Of a stretch of 64,000 bases of DNA, positions 37,060 to 50,469 are shown piece by piece (the stretch's first letter is position 1; each line of letters begins with the position of its first letter). The position numbers and the translations under genes are program-made. The DNA comes from Octopus vulgaris (taxonomy: Eukaryota): the NCBI GenBank assembly GCA_951406725.2, contig OX597825.1:33728001-33792000 (forward strand), written 5' to 3'. The notes under the pieces are model-generated. The model was not told where the DNA came from. It ran no database searches and saw only the letters and a program-made list of their open reading frames with translations.

Positions 37060-38872
37060 ATTTATAATATTGTGTCTGGGGTAAGTTATTCTGTTTTAAT
37101 GCCTTGTCACTTAACAGACGTGTCTTTCGTTTTGCTGCTGCCGTGTCGATTGTAGGTTTATCGTTTTAAATTACCGTTGTTATTGGAATGTTACCACTTC
37201 GTTGAATTGTTAGCACTTTTTGCTATTTTCTGTGTCTTTGACACATTACCTGTTTTAGCAGGTTTGTGTTTTGTGAATTCCTCCTGTTTAGGAGCGAATT
37301 ATTTTTACTTTTCCTTCTGTGTATTCAAACATGGATATCGAACTTACAGGATACGCCCCACTCCCAATACGAGATTCCGGATAGTCTTTTAGACGAGTTG
37401 TACCAGGAAATGTACCCCTCCCTCCCAAGTCACGAAACAAAGTAAAGGGAGACATGCCTGAACAGAGGGAAACCAACCCGGAAATAAAACCACAGGCTGG
37501 TAATGATAGGGTTAACTTCGCATCCGTGGCCGGTGTCATAAGCGAAGCGGTCCAAGTCGGCCCGAGCGAACTAAATAAATACAAATGTCTCGCGCAAAAG
37601 GAAGGAACTAACGTAAAATTGACTCCCGTCACCACGGGGGACGTGAAACATATAACAAAGCGGAAAACCATCATTTATAAAACATTCTCATGAAAAACAA
37701 AGATAGAAATGGCATCAAGAGAAGCAATAGAAAAGTGCATACAGCCAGTCTGGCATGACATCTAATACGTTGCCAGAGGGGAACGTTTTACCACAGTGGA
37801 AGCAAGGTTCGACTCTGAGAGGAAAACTAAAATGCACTCTACAGCTTCCTTAAAAACGGCAGACATGGCACTGCTTCCGACCAATCTCGGGAAGCGTACA
37901 TAAAAAATTAAGACAGGGGAGATCCCACCGGAGATAGACGTGGTGTAGCTGGTGGCGGCCGTGCTACTGAACCTGGAGAATAGAGTCCCCATCCTCTAGA
38001 TCACTAAGCTACACCTGCAAAACTCGTGGGGGCAAGGCCTGGAACTTGTAATCCAGGCCACCCAACAAGATTTGGAAAATTTACCAGACCAGGTGCTGTT
38101 ACCGGACGAGACTACTCTGGGAGTTATGGTGGAGGGGAGAAAACCTAGATGTTATAAGTGTTGACTAAAAGGGCCCATTAGAGCCGAATGTCCACAAGAA
38201 CAACCACCAACGCGCGAACATCAAGAGGTAAACTCAACAACCCCCGGCGACTCCAAAAGAAAAATAGACGAACCAACCCTCACTACTCTCATGAAACCCA
38301 CATCTGAAGATCCGTGGAAGGAAACAAAAAAACTCAAGAGAGGTACCCTGGACAACCCACCCCCGACCCTTAATCAAAACATGGACTATGAATGGAAGCA
38401 AGTAGCGAAAAAAATACTCCCCGCACCATCCTATATATCCAAACACCTGCACTCATAGCTCTCACACACGAACCCCAAACACCTAACCCATCATCCCCAG
38501 GCACACTAATAAACATCACGCAATCAACGCCAATAACACCACTCTTGTAGAACTCATCCACAAGAACCCAAACGTCACTCCAGACCAAGTTCCATATAAC
38601 CCAAAGATGCCAGTGAACATAGAAGTCATATACATTGACAACATTTCTTACATAGAACTTAAAGTATCCAAATGATATAGGTCCATTACAAAGAACTTTC
38701 ACCAAACACCTATACACATCCTATTCAAAGGGAGCACCTCACAAATCACACCGGAAGGGGAGGGACAACCAACGCCCCTCCTCGGCGAGCAAATGTAAGT
38801 AATAGCACTAAGAGGTCGTATGACACGCATGAAAGGAATTGCAAAAGGTTAATAAAATTAGTTCAAATTAAA
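37060..38872 (+). mobile_element. L1/Tx1-like ORF1 (gag-like) element, pseudogenised, no ORF2 seen
   Basis: NFASVA, LLPTNLGKR...IPPE and zinc knuckle EGRKPRCYKC*LKGPIRAECP (~38130-38195). Ends with AATAAA at about 38851. Confidence 0.6.
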
Positions 38873-39789
38873 GATGGAGAGAAGAAAACCTACCACCGCG
38901 AAAATTTGCAGCAAGCTGGATGACAGTAGCGCATTTGATAAGTATGAATGAGCCAACTGGAGCGCGAAAATCAAGAGGTAAACAGAAAGATAGGTTTTGG
39001 TTCGTGGCTTGTGCGACCCCACGTCCCTCACTCCATATTGTTATTTCATTCGCTTTTCTCATACATTTTCGCCTTATATGTACACACCTTGTTTAATCAT
39101 ACGTCTCTCCGTCCTGTATTGTCACCTCTGTGTACAACGTTTATGGGTAATATAAATGCCTTATTAATTAACACACGCACCGGTTCGATTTCCACTCATT
39201 TATTTATTTATTTACTTTTTCTGAAATTTTCGTTGCTTCTTCCAACCTCTGAAATAGTCGTAGACTCTGTCCGTTATCAGAGCTGTGTTCTTTTTGTTTG
39301 TTTGTTTGTGCACATGTGTGTGCGTCAGTGTGCATGTGTATACACATATGTATGTATGTGTGTATGTATGCGTGTGTGTATGCACATATATATATGTATG
39401 CGTGCGTGTATGTTTGTATGTATGTATTCTGCATATTCATGTGCTTGTATGATTATGCTTGTGTGTGTGTGTGTGTATTTGTGCGTGTATATCTGTCTCT
39501 TTGTGTGTGTGCGTGTTTGATTGTGTCTATGTGTATGGGTTTGTGTGACAATATACGTGCATCTGTTATGTGTCCTGGTGTATATAGTCATGTGTTTCTG
39601 TCTCTTGTGTATGTATTTGGGTATGTGTGTGTGCTTGTCTGTCCGTATCTTCTATGTACCTATATATATAATTATATTTATACACACACGCAAACACACA
39701 CACACATATATAATTATATACATGTAAGTAGGTAAATGGATAGGTACATAGGTGATACGGACAGACAAGCATATATATATTTATATATA

Positions 39790-40405
39790 CAGTTCTATAT
39801 TTAAGAGATGAGGAATTATGTGCATTATTTACATTTGACGGATATTTGTCCTCATCTTGTTGGGGAAATTTCGAACCTGTTATTATTATTATTAATATTA
39901 TTATTATTAAGATCACTGCATGGAATCGAACTTTTGGGGTTAGTGGCCCGCGCTCTTAACCACTACGCTATATACCTGTGGGCAATTACGGAGTGAATTT
40001 TAGGGCTTATAAATCTAATATTTTCCTATCTTTCCTTAATACCAGTTCCCATATGCTACTCATATCTGCACTCGGGTTTTCGTATTTTCCAGTGGTATTC
40101 TCAGTCTATTATTTTAACTTCATCTCACGGGGGGGATGTCTCCATTTTTCCATACATTTTCAGCTATACCCGATTTATCAATATCTCCTCGTGTCACAGC
40201 TTTGCGATGTTCATCTACTCTTATTTTGAGGGGCGAAATGTTTCGCCTTTGTAATAACCTACCACAACTACATGGGATGGAATACATGCAGTCTTTGGTC
40301 ATATTCTCTTCTATTGGTGGTTTTACTGGAAGGAGATATTTGCGAAGTGTTGTATTACTCTTGAATACTAACCTGATGTCATATGGGCCGCATATTTTTT
40401 GTACC
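39790..40405 (-). mobile_element. Penelope-like element 3' portion (GIY-YIG + tRNA-like cassette + family E terminus)
   Basis: FKSNTTLRKYL...DCMYSIPCSCG...LKIRVDEHRK...SGIAE.VW, then a tRNA-like sequence at 39911-39975. The hammerhead segment is deleted in this copy. Confidence 0.8.
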
Positions 40406-40883
40406 TGGACCTGTCTGTGTGGTAGGAACTTTGCACCTTTGGAAAATTGTCTTCTACTCTAGCCCTGGGCAGACCAAGGTCTTGTGAGTGGATTTAGAAG
40501 ACGGAAACTGAAAGGACTCTGGTGCTGGTTTGTTTATATTTTCGTAACTTAATGGTTCGGGAAAATGAGTCCGATATGATAAGCACCAGGTTTAGAAAGA
40601 AATAAGTACTGAAGTCGATTTCTTCAACTAAAATTCTTCAAGGCATTGCCCCTAGGGACTTGAGTGTTGTGTGTGCATGTGTGTATGTGGATACGTGTGT
40701 GTATGTGTGTATGTGTATGTGTGTGTATGTATATATTTTTTTGTGTGTATGTGTATGTGTGGTCGTGTGTGTGTATATATACATGTGTGTGTGTATGTGT
40801 ATATGCATGTATATGTGTATGTATGTATATGTATAGGTATATATATATATATATATATATATATGTAGATATATGTATGTATA

Positions 40884-40916
<33 letters not shown>

Positions 40917-41180
40917 GGGTGTGTGTGTATGTATGTGTGTATGTATATGTGTGTGTGTTGAGAATTTCCTTATTTACCTAAAACTCTATTCTTCTATATA
41001 TTTTTGTATTTTATTCTTTTTTTATTCTTTTATTTATTCTTCTATCTAATTTACCACTGACTCCTTGACCACTCCCCCAAGTATGATTTTTTTGCGCTAT
41101 GCCTACCCCCAAAAAGTCCCCCCCCACCACCCCTATAAACCTGCCTAAATGTATAAATGCCAATACAATTCTTGTTAACT

Positions 41181-41231
41181 AGCTTCCTGAAGATTTCTCT
41201 TGAATGAAACAGTTCTAGTCCTGTAGAAGCT
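41181..41231 (+). ncRNA. Type-I hammerhead ribozyme motif
   Basis: AGCUUC CUGAAGA U-UUC-UCUU-GAA-U GAAA CAG-UUCUAGUC-CUG UA GAAGCU. Perfect 6-bp stem I, exact core, stem III, GUA triplet. Confidence 0.75.
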
Positions 41232-41330
41232 CCTTCTATATAATAAATTAATTTTACTCTGCTATGTATTGAGTACCTTATTTACTGTGGTTAACCCCGA
41301 ATCAACCCGGGACCTACATATATATATATA

Positions 41331-43132
41331 TTACTGATATTGACGTAAGAGAAACGAACGAAGTTGGCTCCCAACACAAAATCTCAGACATAACCTTCAC
41401 TGCCACCGACATCGTAGCAGCAATAAATGAGGTCAAACATTACTCTGCTGTAGGCCCTGATAGATTTCCCGCTAGTCTCCTGAAGGAATGTAGATATCAA
41501 CTTGCAGTCCCTCTGACCAACCTCTGGAGAAATTCGTTAGACGCAGGTTATATACCGAAACAGTTTCTATCCCAGTCGGTCATCCCGGTTTTCAAACAGG
41601 GAAATAGATCCCTCGCAGTCAACTATCGCCCAATCTCACTCACCTCCCACATCATTAAAGTGTTTGAAAGAGTGTTAAGATCAAGGATAGCTGACTTCCT
41701 GGAGACCCACAAACTCCTAAATTCAAATCAGCATGGCTTTCGCTGTGGCAGAGACTGTCTAACACAGCTCTTACACCACATTGAAGATGTACTCAAAGCC
41801 TTGTGAACAGGTTCGAACTCTGACGTCATATATCTTGACTTCAGTAAAGCGTTCGACAGGGTAGACCATAACATCCTACTCTCAAAATTGGCAAATGTTG
41901 GAATCCGTGCAAAAGTTCTACACTGGATTAAGTATTTCCTGGCGAATAGAACACAACATGTTGTAGTTGATGGAGTCCACTCAAACCCAGCAAAAGTCAC
42001 CAGCGGTGTTCCCCAGGGAACTGTTTTGGGTCCGCTACTCTTCATAATTTACGTAAACGACCTTTCCAGTGTAGTACATTACTGCAAAGTGAAAATATTC
42101 GCTGATGACACTAAGCTCCAGCAAATTGTCAATGAAGAAGCAGACCGAACTCAACTCCAGTCTGATCTATATGCTGTGAGTCAATGGGCAGACAGAAACA
42201 AAATGCAACTGAATGAGAGAAAATTTGAGTTGATGCATTTTGGAAGAAATTCCTCACTAAAACAACCATACTCTCTTCCTTCAGGGGAACCGCTCACAGC
42301 CTCTAACAATATCAGAGACCTGGGTGTAATTGTTGATGACGATCTCAGTTGAAGTGCACACATCAACAAGAAGGTCGATATAGCTCGTAGGATGAGTTCC
42401 TGGATCTTATGAACTTTCCGGTCCAGAGAACAAGGTGTCATCATACCACTTTTTTCCTCCTTTGTACGGCCACACCTTGAATACTGCTGCCCACTGTGGT
42501 CTCCTCACACAAGACAAAACATCTCCAGAATTGAGTCACCCCAGAGGGCTCTCACTAAACAAATTGAAGGCATGGCTGCTCTCGATTATTGGGATCGCCT
42601 TAAAGCCTTGAAACTTTACTCCCTCCAGCGTCGCCGTGAGCGGTACATCATTTGTACGATGTGGAAAATATACCGCCAACTTTGCCCAAACGACCTAAAC
42701 ATTAGCTTCAAGGTTCACCCAAGACTTGGACCACGGGCTATACGTCCCCTGCCCAATTCAAAATCACAACATACATGTACACTGCAACATAATTTCTTTT
42801 CCTCAACAGGCCCTGCCCTATTTAACATTGTCCCGAGGGAGATTAAAGAGGAAAAGGATCCCATCAACTTTAAACAGAGTCTGGATAGATTCCTTCAAAG
42901 AATACCAGATAAGCCACCCATAATTGGATACACCTCACCCAACAAGAACTCACTACTTGAACAAAACTGGATACAACTCACCCAACAAGAACTCACTACT
43001 TGAACAAAACTTGACTTAAACAAACATTGACTTAAACAGGATTCGAATAATCCTATTAAATGGTGCTATTAAGTTAGACATAGCCTGGACCAATCTTTGG
43101 TCGAAACATATCTAAGTTTATCTAAGTAAGTT
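41331..43132 (+). mobile_element. 5'-truncated CR1-clade LINE (RT pseudogene)
   Basis: GPD, NYRPISLTS, QHGF, YLDFSKAFD, GVPQGTVLGP, FADDTK, RPHLEYC, SLQRRR all in one frame, with TGA stops at 41804, 42350 and 42410. (CTAAGT)-like tail. 43-bp tandem duplication at 42925-43010. Confidence 0.95.
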
Positions 43133-43142
43133 TATATATATT

Positions 43143-43206
<64 letters not shown>

Positions 43207-43952
43207 CGTTGTTGCTAACATCTGAGTTATTGAAATGGACTAAAGACAAAAGTAATTCTATTGATAATAAAATCCATACGGTTCTATCTTCAAGAGGAAG
43301 CTTTCACAACAATAGCGATATTGACTGGCGTTACTTTCAGATGTGAAGGCGAGATGAGGCGGCTTATGATCAGTTGAGAAAGCCTTTTTTACAGAAAGAC
43401 TCAGCCATCGCTGCTGAATGCCAACGTCAGAATTTAATACACAAAGTTTTCAAAAATGAAGAGACGTACGTATCTGGAGTTGAAAGTGAATCACTCCAGA
43501 AGTACTCGGCCGCTGATGTTATCTCATACGACTTTAGTCCTGCTGGACAAATCTATTTGAATAAGAACGTGGAGGCGAAAACTTTATACAATGAGGAAAA
43601 TAGTATTTCAAATGTAAATTTGTACACTGTAAACAATGCCAGCATTGTGATGTAGTTAATTTTATCTTGGATCGAGATCACTACATCAGATTATATTTCG
43701 ATGTAATTTAAGAACAAAAGGTTAACTTCAAAATATCTTACTTTATTATTCTATATTTTTTAGCTCGTTCCAGTCATTTGACTGCGACCATGCTGGAGCA
43801 CCATCTTGATTTCGTTTTATTTTTAAAGCTTAGTACTTATTCTATCATTCTCTTATGCTGAACTACTAAGTTACGAGGACGTAAGCACATCAACACCGGT
43901 GATGGGTGGGGGAGAACAAAGACAGACATAAAGACACACACATCTCTCTCTC

Positions 43953-44013
<61 letters not shown>

Positions 44014-44077
44014 TACATACATCCATACATACATACATACACCTATATATATATATATATATACATATATATACATA

Positions 44078-44457
44078 CACTTGCGTCAGAAATTAATTAG
44101 CACTTCTCAAATTTCTACATTAAATAGGTTAAATCAATTAACCTATGAGCTGTTCAAAACGTCTTACGCGATGAGAAAACTTAGTATGGTATGATTTCGG
44201 TCCTTGCGAGGCGCTACCTATATCTATTAAACAAAGGAAGATTTGTCTGCATCCGCACTCCAAGTTGTTGTTGCACTGCTATGTCAACATCATAAGGCTG
44301 TAGACTCTCAAACTGCTCTGCAAACAAAGTTACGTCATCGTTCTGCGCAACAGTGAACTCGCAACAAAGCAATAGTTCGAGATATGGCCACTAGGTGACA
44401 GCACATACCTTGAGTGAAGAGCAAATCAAGGGTGCTAATTAATTTCTGACGGTAGTG
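44078..44457. mobile_element. Tc1/mariner MITE (380 bp)
   Basis: 26-bp TIR CACT(TG/AC)CGTCAGAAATTAATTAGCAC, with TA on both sides. Confidence 0.88.
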
Positions 44458-44525
44458 TATATATATGTATATATATATATGTATATATATATGTATATAT
44501 ATGTATATATATATGTATTAATATG

Positions 44526-44558
<33 letters not shown>

Positions 44559-45822
44559 ATGTATATATATACGTATATATATATATATGTATATATATGT
44601 ATGTATGTATATATATATATTCTTTCTCTCCCATTCCCTTTTTCGTCTTTTTTCCCTCACTTAACTTGTCTCTTCCTCTCTCTCTCATTCTTCATTCTCT
44701 CTCTCCCTTTCACCATTCTTCATGGTCTCCTCGCACCATTCCCCTTCTTCTCTCTCTTCCTCTTGCTCCTCCTCCCCCATTCCCGTCGTCCATCTGCGAC
44801 GATACTTCCGTCGTAACTGCTATCCTGTCTTTTCTCGCCCGCCTTCTAAGGCTACTGGTCGACATTTTTTCTCTCTCGTCGTCCACTATAATCCAGCGTT
44901 TGCGATACTTTTTTCGTCTGGCGTTAACAGCCCTTCTTATCTTGTTCTCCTTGTCCTGTCTCTCACTGTTATATATTTATTTTTCCACTGTTTATATATA
45001 TATTTTTTACTGTTTATATGTTTGTACTGTCGTTACCGTCTTGCTTTTTTTACCCCTCTGTGAAAAGATCTCAGAATTTTAATTGATTTGCTTTTCGCAG
45101 GAAGGAAGTTTTCTTCGAAGTATACGTCTCGCTTTTATCCTTCGAAACGTTTAGTAGATGAAACCTTAGCGACTGAAGAAGGGGATTTTTCGTTGTGCTT
45201 ATTGTCCTGTATCTCTTTTTTTGCTTGTCTTGTTCCTTGGTTTGTGTCTATGTTTTTCGTCTCTCTATGTGTTCGACGTCTTTTTGGTGTCCTGTACACA
45301 TATATGCGTGTATATGTACATGTAGAGGTAGGTACGTACATATATGTTTATATATATGCATATGTTCTATTTTATTATCATATATATATATATATATATA
45401 TATTTTATATATGTGTGTATGTGTGTGTGTGTGTATGGCCGGCATCTTTCAGTTTTCGTCTATCAAATCCACTTACAAAGCTTTTGGTCTGCCCGACTGT
45501 AGAAGACATTTGCCCAAGGAGCCACACAATGGGACTGAACCTGGAACCATATAATTGAATTTTAAAAAATGAGGCCCTTATACCTCAAAGATGCGAAAGA
45601 CAATGACAATTATATCTCAGTCGTGGAAGAGATTATGTATGTGATTCAACAACAATCATTTATCTTTTATCCGTAACTTGTTTCATCCATTAGAATGCGG
45701 CCATGCTGGGGCACCGCCTTGAAGAATATTAGTCGAACGAATTGACCCCGGTACTTCGATGTAAACACATCCACACTGATTGTCAAGTAATGGTGGGGGA
45801 CACAAAGACACACACACGCACA

Positions 45823-45854
<32 letters not shown>

Positions 45855-46759
45855 CACGCACACACACATATACAATGGGATTCTTTCAGTTCACTTCTAC
45901 GAAATTCATTCTTATATCGAAGAGGACACCTGCTCAGTGGGTCACGCAGTGGGACTGAACCCGGAACCATATTACACAGGCTATGTCTATCTTGAAACTC
46001 TTAAGTTATCATCTCACCGTATGCGGTATGATTTTCTTGCTATAGCAATATACAATATTATTCATAAAAATAAATGCCCAGCGATAGAAATTAAAAATAC
46101 TGTTGACTTCGACTACATTTACACATTTTAACACAATGAAAGAAACGTTCTCATCAAACTAAATTTGGAAGAGTCGACTGAGTTATGTATTTTACAAACA
46201 AGAGACAAAATTTCGAGTGCAGTGAGGCTGCAAGAACATCAGAGATTGGATATTTATCTTTATAAGACAGAAAAAGTTGCCAGCAGGGGTCACGGGAGTC
46301 GAAACTGTACCCCTCAGATACCGGCGAGTGCTCTACCATAGATACATGCCTTTAAAATCTGACGATAAAAGTCACCTTCTATCAAGCAGCTTAAACAAAA
46401 AGACCTTATCACAAAGAAAGTCTTTTTGTGGAATGACTAGAAGGTGACATTTGAATCACCAAAGTCCAAATAGATAGATTTATCAATGACAAGAAGTTTA
46501 TCAAATCTTAAGTTACACTTTAAGAATTGTGATGGTTAAATTCGGTCGAATAGAGTTTCTCTTTCATCCTTCCAGTGGCAATCATAATTGTACCAGTAAT
46601 GCATTGCGGTCACACTTAATTGATTTTTGTCCCCTCTGTGTCTTTGTAAAAATGTTAGAAATTGTAATGTTGTTGTTGTTTAGCTCCACATCATCTCTGA
46701 TAGAACAGGCCTACAAACAAAGATATCGTAAATTGTAACACCATTTTGCTTCTTTTTTT

Positions 46760-47345
46760 TGCAGAAATTTAGAAACATGCTGTACTGCTTGGCATTCGCG
46801 CCAGAAGCTCCAGTACGAATATTTCAGAGCGTTTGGGCGTCAGTCTGAGGACATGTGCCTAGAGTGATAAAAATCAAACATCCAGTCAACATCATAGTGT
46901 TTGCAGTGATCACTAGTGATGGCGACGTTATACCTCCAATCATCTTCTCACACAGCCTCAGACTCAACATGAAGACCTACATCAAATGCCTGGGGGAGGT
47001 AGTGCTACCCAGGATCGAAATGGTGGCTGCTGGAAAACCCTATGTCTGGCAACAGGTCTCTGCACCATGCCATACAAGCAAAGGAACCCAGTCATGGCCG
47101 TCAGACAGTTTCTGTGACCACATCACCCCTAACATATGGCTACCTAACTCCCCAGACTTCAAACTCTTTGGTTATTATGTGTGGAGGCCTAGTTGAGCGA
47201 GAGACCAACAAAACTCCCTGTAATACCAAAGATGAACTGACGGCAAGGACTATAGCATCATTCACCAACTTAAACAAGGAGACCGTCCAGAAGAGTTGCA
47301 GATTCTGAAGTCGTCTGGAAGCAGTGGTTGAAGCCATTGTAATTT
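46760..47345 (+). mobile_element. maT (DD37D)-like transposase remnant
   Basis: KHPVNIIVFAVITSDG, YVWQQVSAPCHTS, WLPNSPDFKLFGYYVW (degenerate QQDSAP and WPPNSPD.NPLDY). Confidence 0.8.
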
Positions 47346-47867
47346 TTTTTCTCTCTCGTTTTTTCCTCCTTAAACTCGCAACTTTTCTCTCGTTTTCGCT
47401 TCTTTTGTTCATACCTTCTTTACATGAAACAGTATGTCACACCCATATCCTTGCACGTACAAACACACACACACACTCACGCACTTCTGTCACATCCTCA
47501 ACATTCCCTTTACCTTTCTTTGTATCTCACACTCGTACCCGTTCCCACATCCTCTCTTCCATTATTTTCTCACACACAATACGAATAGATACACATAGAA
47601 ACACATCACATCCCCACTATCCCACCCCACCATATTTCTGCACTTGCATACTTCTACACACATTACAAAAGTACTCACACAAAACTCCAACCCCACAATA
47701 AGCGCATCACTAAACACAGATACATGCCTTTACGTGTACATACACACCCAACACTCCAGACTTCTTAACTTACTCCATAGAACTGCAATCCTACCTGGCT
47801 CGTCCATTTTTCCCTTTTTTATTATCTCTCATCTAATTTCCCTGTTTTCTTTCATCCACTTTTCCAA

Positions 47868-48633
47868 GTGCCTTACTTGCTCACGGAAGATCAAAAGTAG
47901 TCACGACTGAATGCGTGTCATGAACTGACACAACAGTGAGAAGTTGATCCAAACCTGTTTTTCTAAGGTCATCACTGGTGGCGAAAGTTGGTGCTAAGGC
48001 TACGACTCGGAAACGAAGGAGCAATCAAGTCAATTGAAGCATTCGATTTTACTATACCCCCCCCCAAATGTGTCAAGTGAAGTCCAATGTCAAGACGTTT
48101 GTTTCATCGATGCGAAAGGCATTGTCTACACAGAATTTGTTCCTCCTGGTTAAACTGTTCACCAAACATTTTACTTGGAAGTTCTGAAGCGTTTGCGAGA
48201 CACGGCGAGAGAAAAACACTCCGACCGGTGGCAAAGTGGAGAGTGGTAGTTTCATGACGACAATACATCTTTGCACACCGCCTTCAGTATGAGACAGTTT
48301 TTGACCAAAGCTGGCATAACTCTATTTACTTATCCTCCCTATTCACCCGATCGTGCTCTCTGCAACATTTTTTTGTTCCCCCGAATGAAAAAAGTCCTTA
48401 AAGGAAAAAGTTTTGCAGATGTAGGAGAAGTGAATAAAAGAAAAAAAAAACGACTGAGGCTTTAAAAGGCATCACTTTTCAAGAGTTCTAAGACTGCTTC
48501 GAACAGCGGAAAACGTGTCTGGATTGATGCATTGCTTCAAATGAAGAATACTTTGAAGGCAATAAAAGTGTAAACATGTAAAACTAAGTGAATAAAATAA
48601 TACTGCAAAATACGGTTTCTTTTGGGTACCCCC

Positions 48634-48635
<2 letters not shown>
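47868..48635 (+). mobile_element. Degenerate mariner, 3' two-thirds
   Basis: VP.LLTEDQK, VITGGESW, FVPPG, HDDN, PPYSPD..CNIFLFP. TIR-like end CGGTTTCTTTTGGGTACCCCC. Confidence 0.85.
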
Positions 48636-48665
<30 letters not shown>

Positions 48666-48671
48666 TGTATG

Positions 48672-48702
<31 letters not shown>

Positions 48703-48887
48703 TAAAAATAAGCAACAACGATATCCTTGTTGCTTATTTCGATTATAATTATTATTTTGATTATATATCCTTGCTGCTTGTTTTGATTATAATCACCCAT
48801 TTTGAATTATATGGATAACACCATAATAAGTTCTGGTGCCTTTAACTTAAGTACCATATTCAACTGTATCTAAATTTTTACTGAACT

Positions 48888-48962
<75 letters not shown>

Positions 48963-48963
<1 letters not shown>

Positions 48964-49770
48964 TAGCTGATTTGTACTCCTTAATGACTGTTGGGATCTT
49001 ATTTGTTAATTCATGGTTAATTCTGGCTATTGTGTCATTTTTGGAAGTAAGAATTTCCTTTTCACACAACCATTATGTGAATTATAATTATTGCTTAAGT
49101 CTGGCAATGCCCTGTTCTTCAAATGAGCTGGGGAATTCACCATGTTAGCAATATGAGCCAAACTGATATCATCATTCCCATCAAGTGGTACTTTCCCATT
49201 TCCTAATTGGAGGAGCCAGGTTGAAAACTGCTTTGCACATTGGTCCCAATGTAATAAAACTTGCACGTTAGTATTGAAGAAGAATTTCGGTACTTTATTC
49301 CATAGGTGTGACGACTTAATGCATGCTTTTATTTCATCAGATCTTGTTCCTCTCGGAATGACTGGTAATATCTGTCTGATGTCTCCTGATAAACCTAATG
49401 TAACTCCTCCTATTGTTGCCTCTGATGTCCTGTAAGGTCTTACCAAGAGCTTCCATTGTGCCTCTATGTGACATGGTGCATTCATCCCAAACGATAAGGT
49501 GGCATTGGCACAACTCTTCTGCTGAACCTAAATCTTTGCTTATGTTACAAATTGGACTGTCATTTGTGACCAGTTTTAGTGGTAATTTAAAAGCAGAATG
49601 AGCTGTTTGTCCTCCTGGAAGAATGGTGGCAGCAAAGCCAGACAATGGTACAGCAACTGTAACTCTTTTTTGTTGCCTTACCTTGGAGAGAAGCAATGTT
49701 ACAAATGTTTTACCTGTGTCACCAAGAGCATCAAGAAAGAAAATTCCTCTGCTTTTTTCTGGCAATTGTG
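48963..49770 (-). mobile_element. Helitron PIF1-helicase fragment with CTAG 3' terminus
   Basis: FLDALGDTGKT, LPGGQTAHSAFKLP, IVWDECTM, GDIRQILPVIPRG. Minus-strand end ...CAG CTAG|T abutting (TA)n. Confidence 0.85.
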
Positions 49771-49944
49771 GAACGCCGCACGCATGCGCGCACACACACA
49801 GATATCCACATACAGAATCAAACATCAGATGAAATGGATGTGTGTGCGTGTGTAAGAGGGAGAGAGAGAATAAGTGAAGGGTGTATCGTCATGTATACGC
49901 ACACACATAAATAAATAAATAGGCATATATCTTTCTTGTATGTA

Positions 49945-49976
<32 letters not shown>

Positions 49977-50469
49977 AGAAAGAGAGAGAGAGAGAGAGAG
50001 AGTGCTACTTAGACATCACTTTCTCTCTCTCACACACATGCATACAAAAAAGATGTATGCATATGTATTCATGTATGTATGTATACATGACAACACATCC
50101 CTTCACTCATTCACATACACACGTACATAAATGTATACTAACGTCCATACGAAAACACACGTGTGACTTACTACAAATAAATAGAGCTGAACACGGCTTG
50201 CAAAAAGAAAATAAATAAGAAATTTTTACGGAAATTAACGAAGCGTGCGAATTCAAGCAAAATAATGCCCATATTTTTTGGACGCCCCATGTTGAATTGG
50301 AGATAAAAAGCAAACTGAAAACTCCACTCAGACTTGACGGAAACAACAGAAAAACCTGACAAGAACCAAGATCACAATTGAAGAAGACATTGAAACGATG
50401 AGAACATAAGATACAAAAAGTTTGCACCAAAAAGATGCAAATAAGCAAACGCGGCAAATATAGACATTC

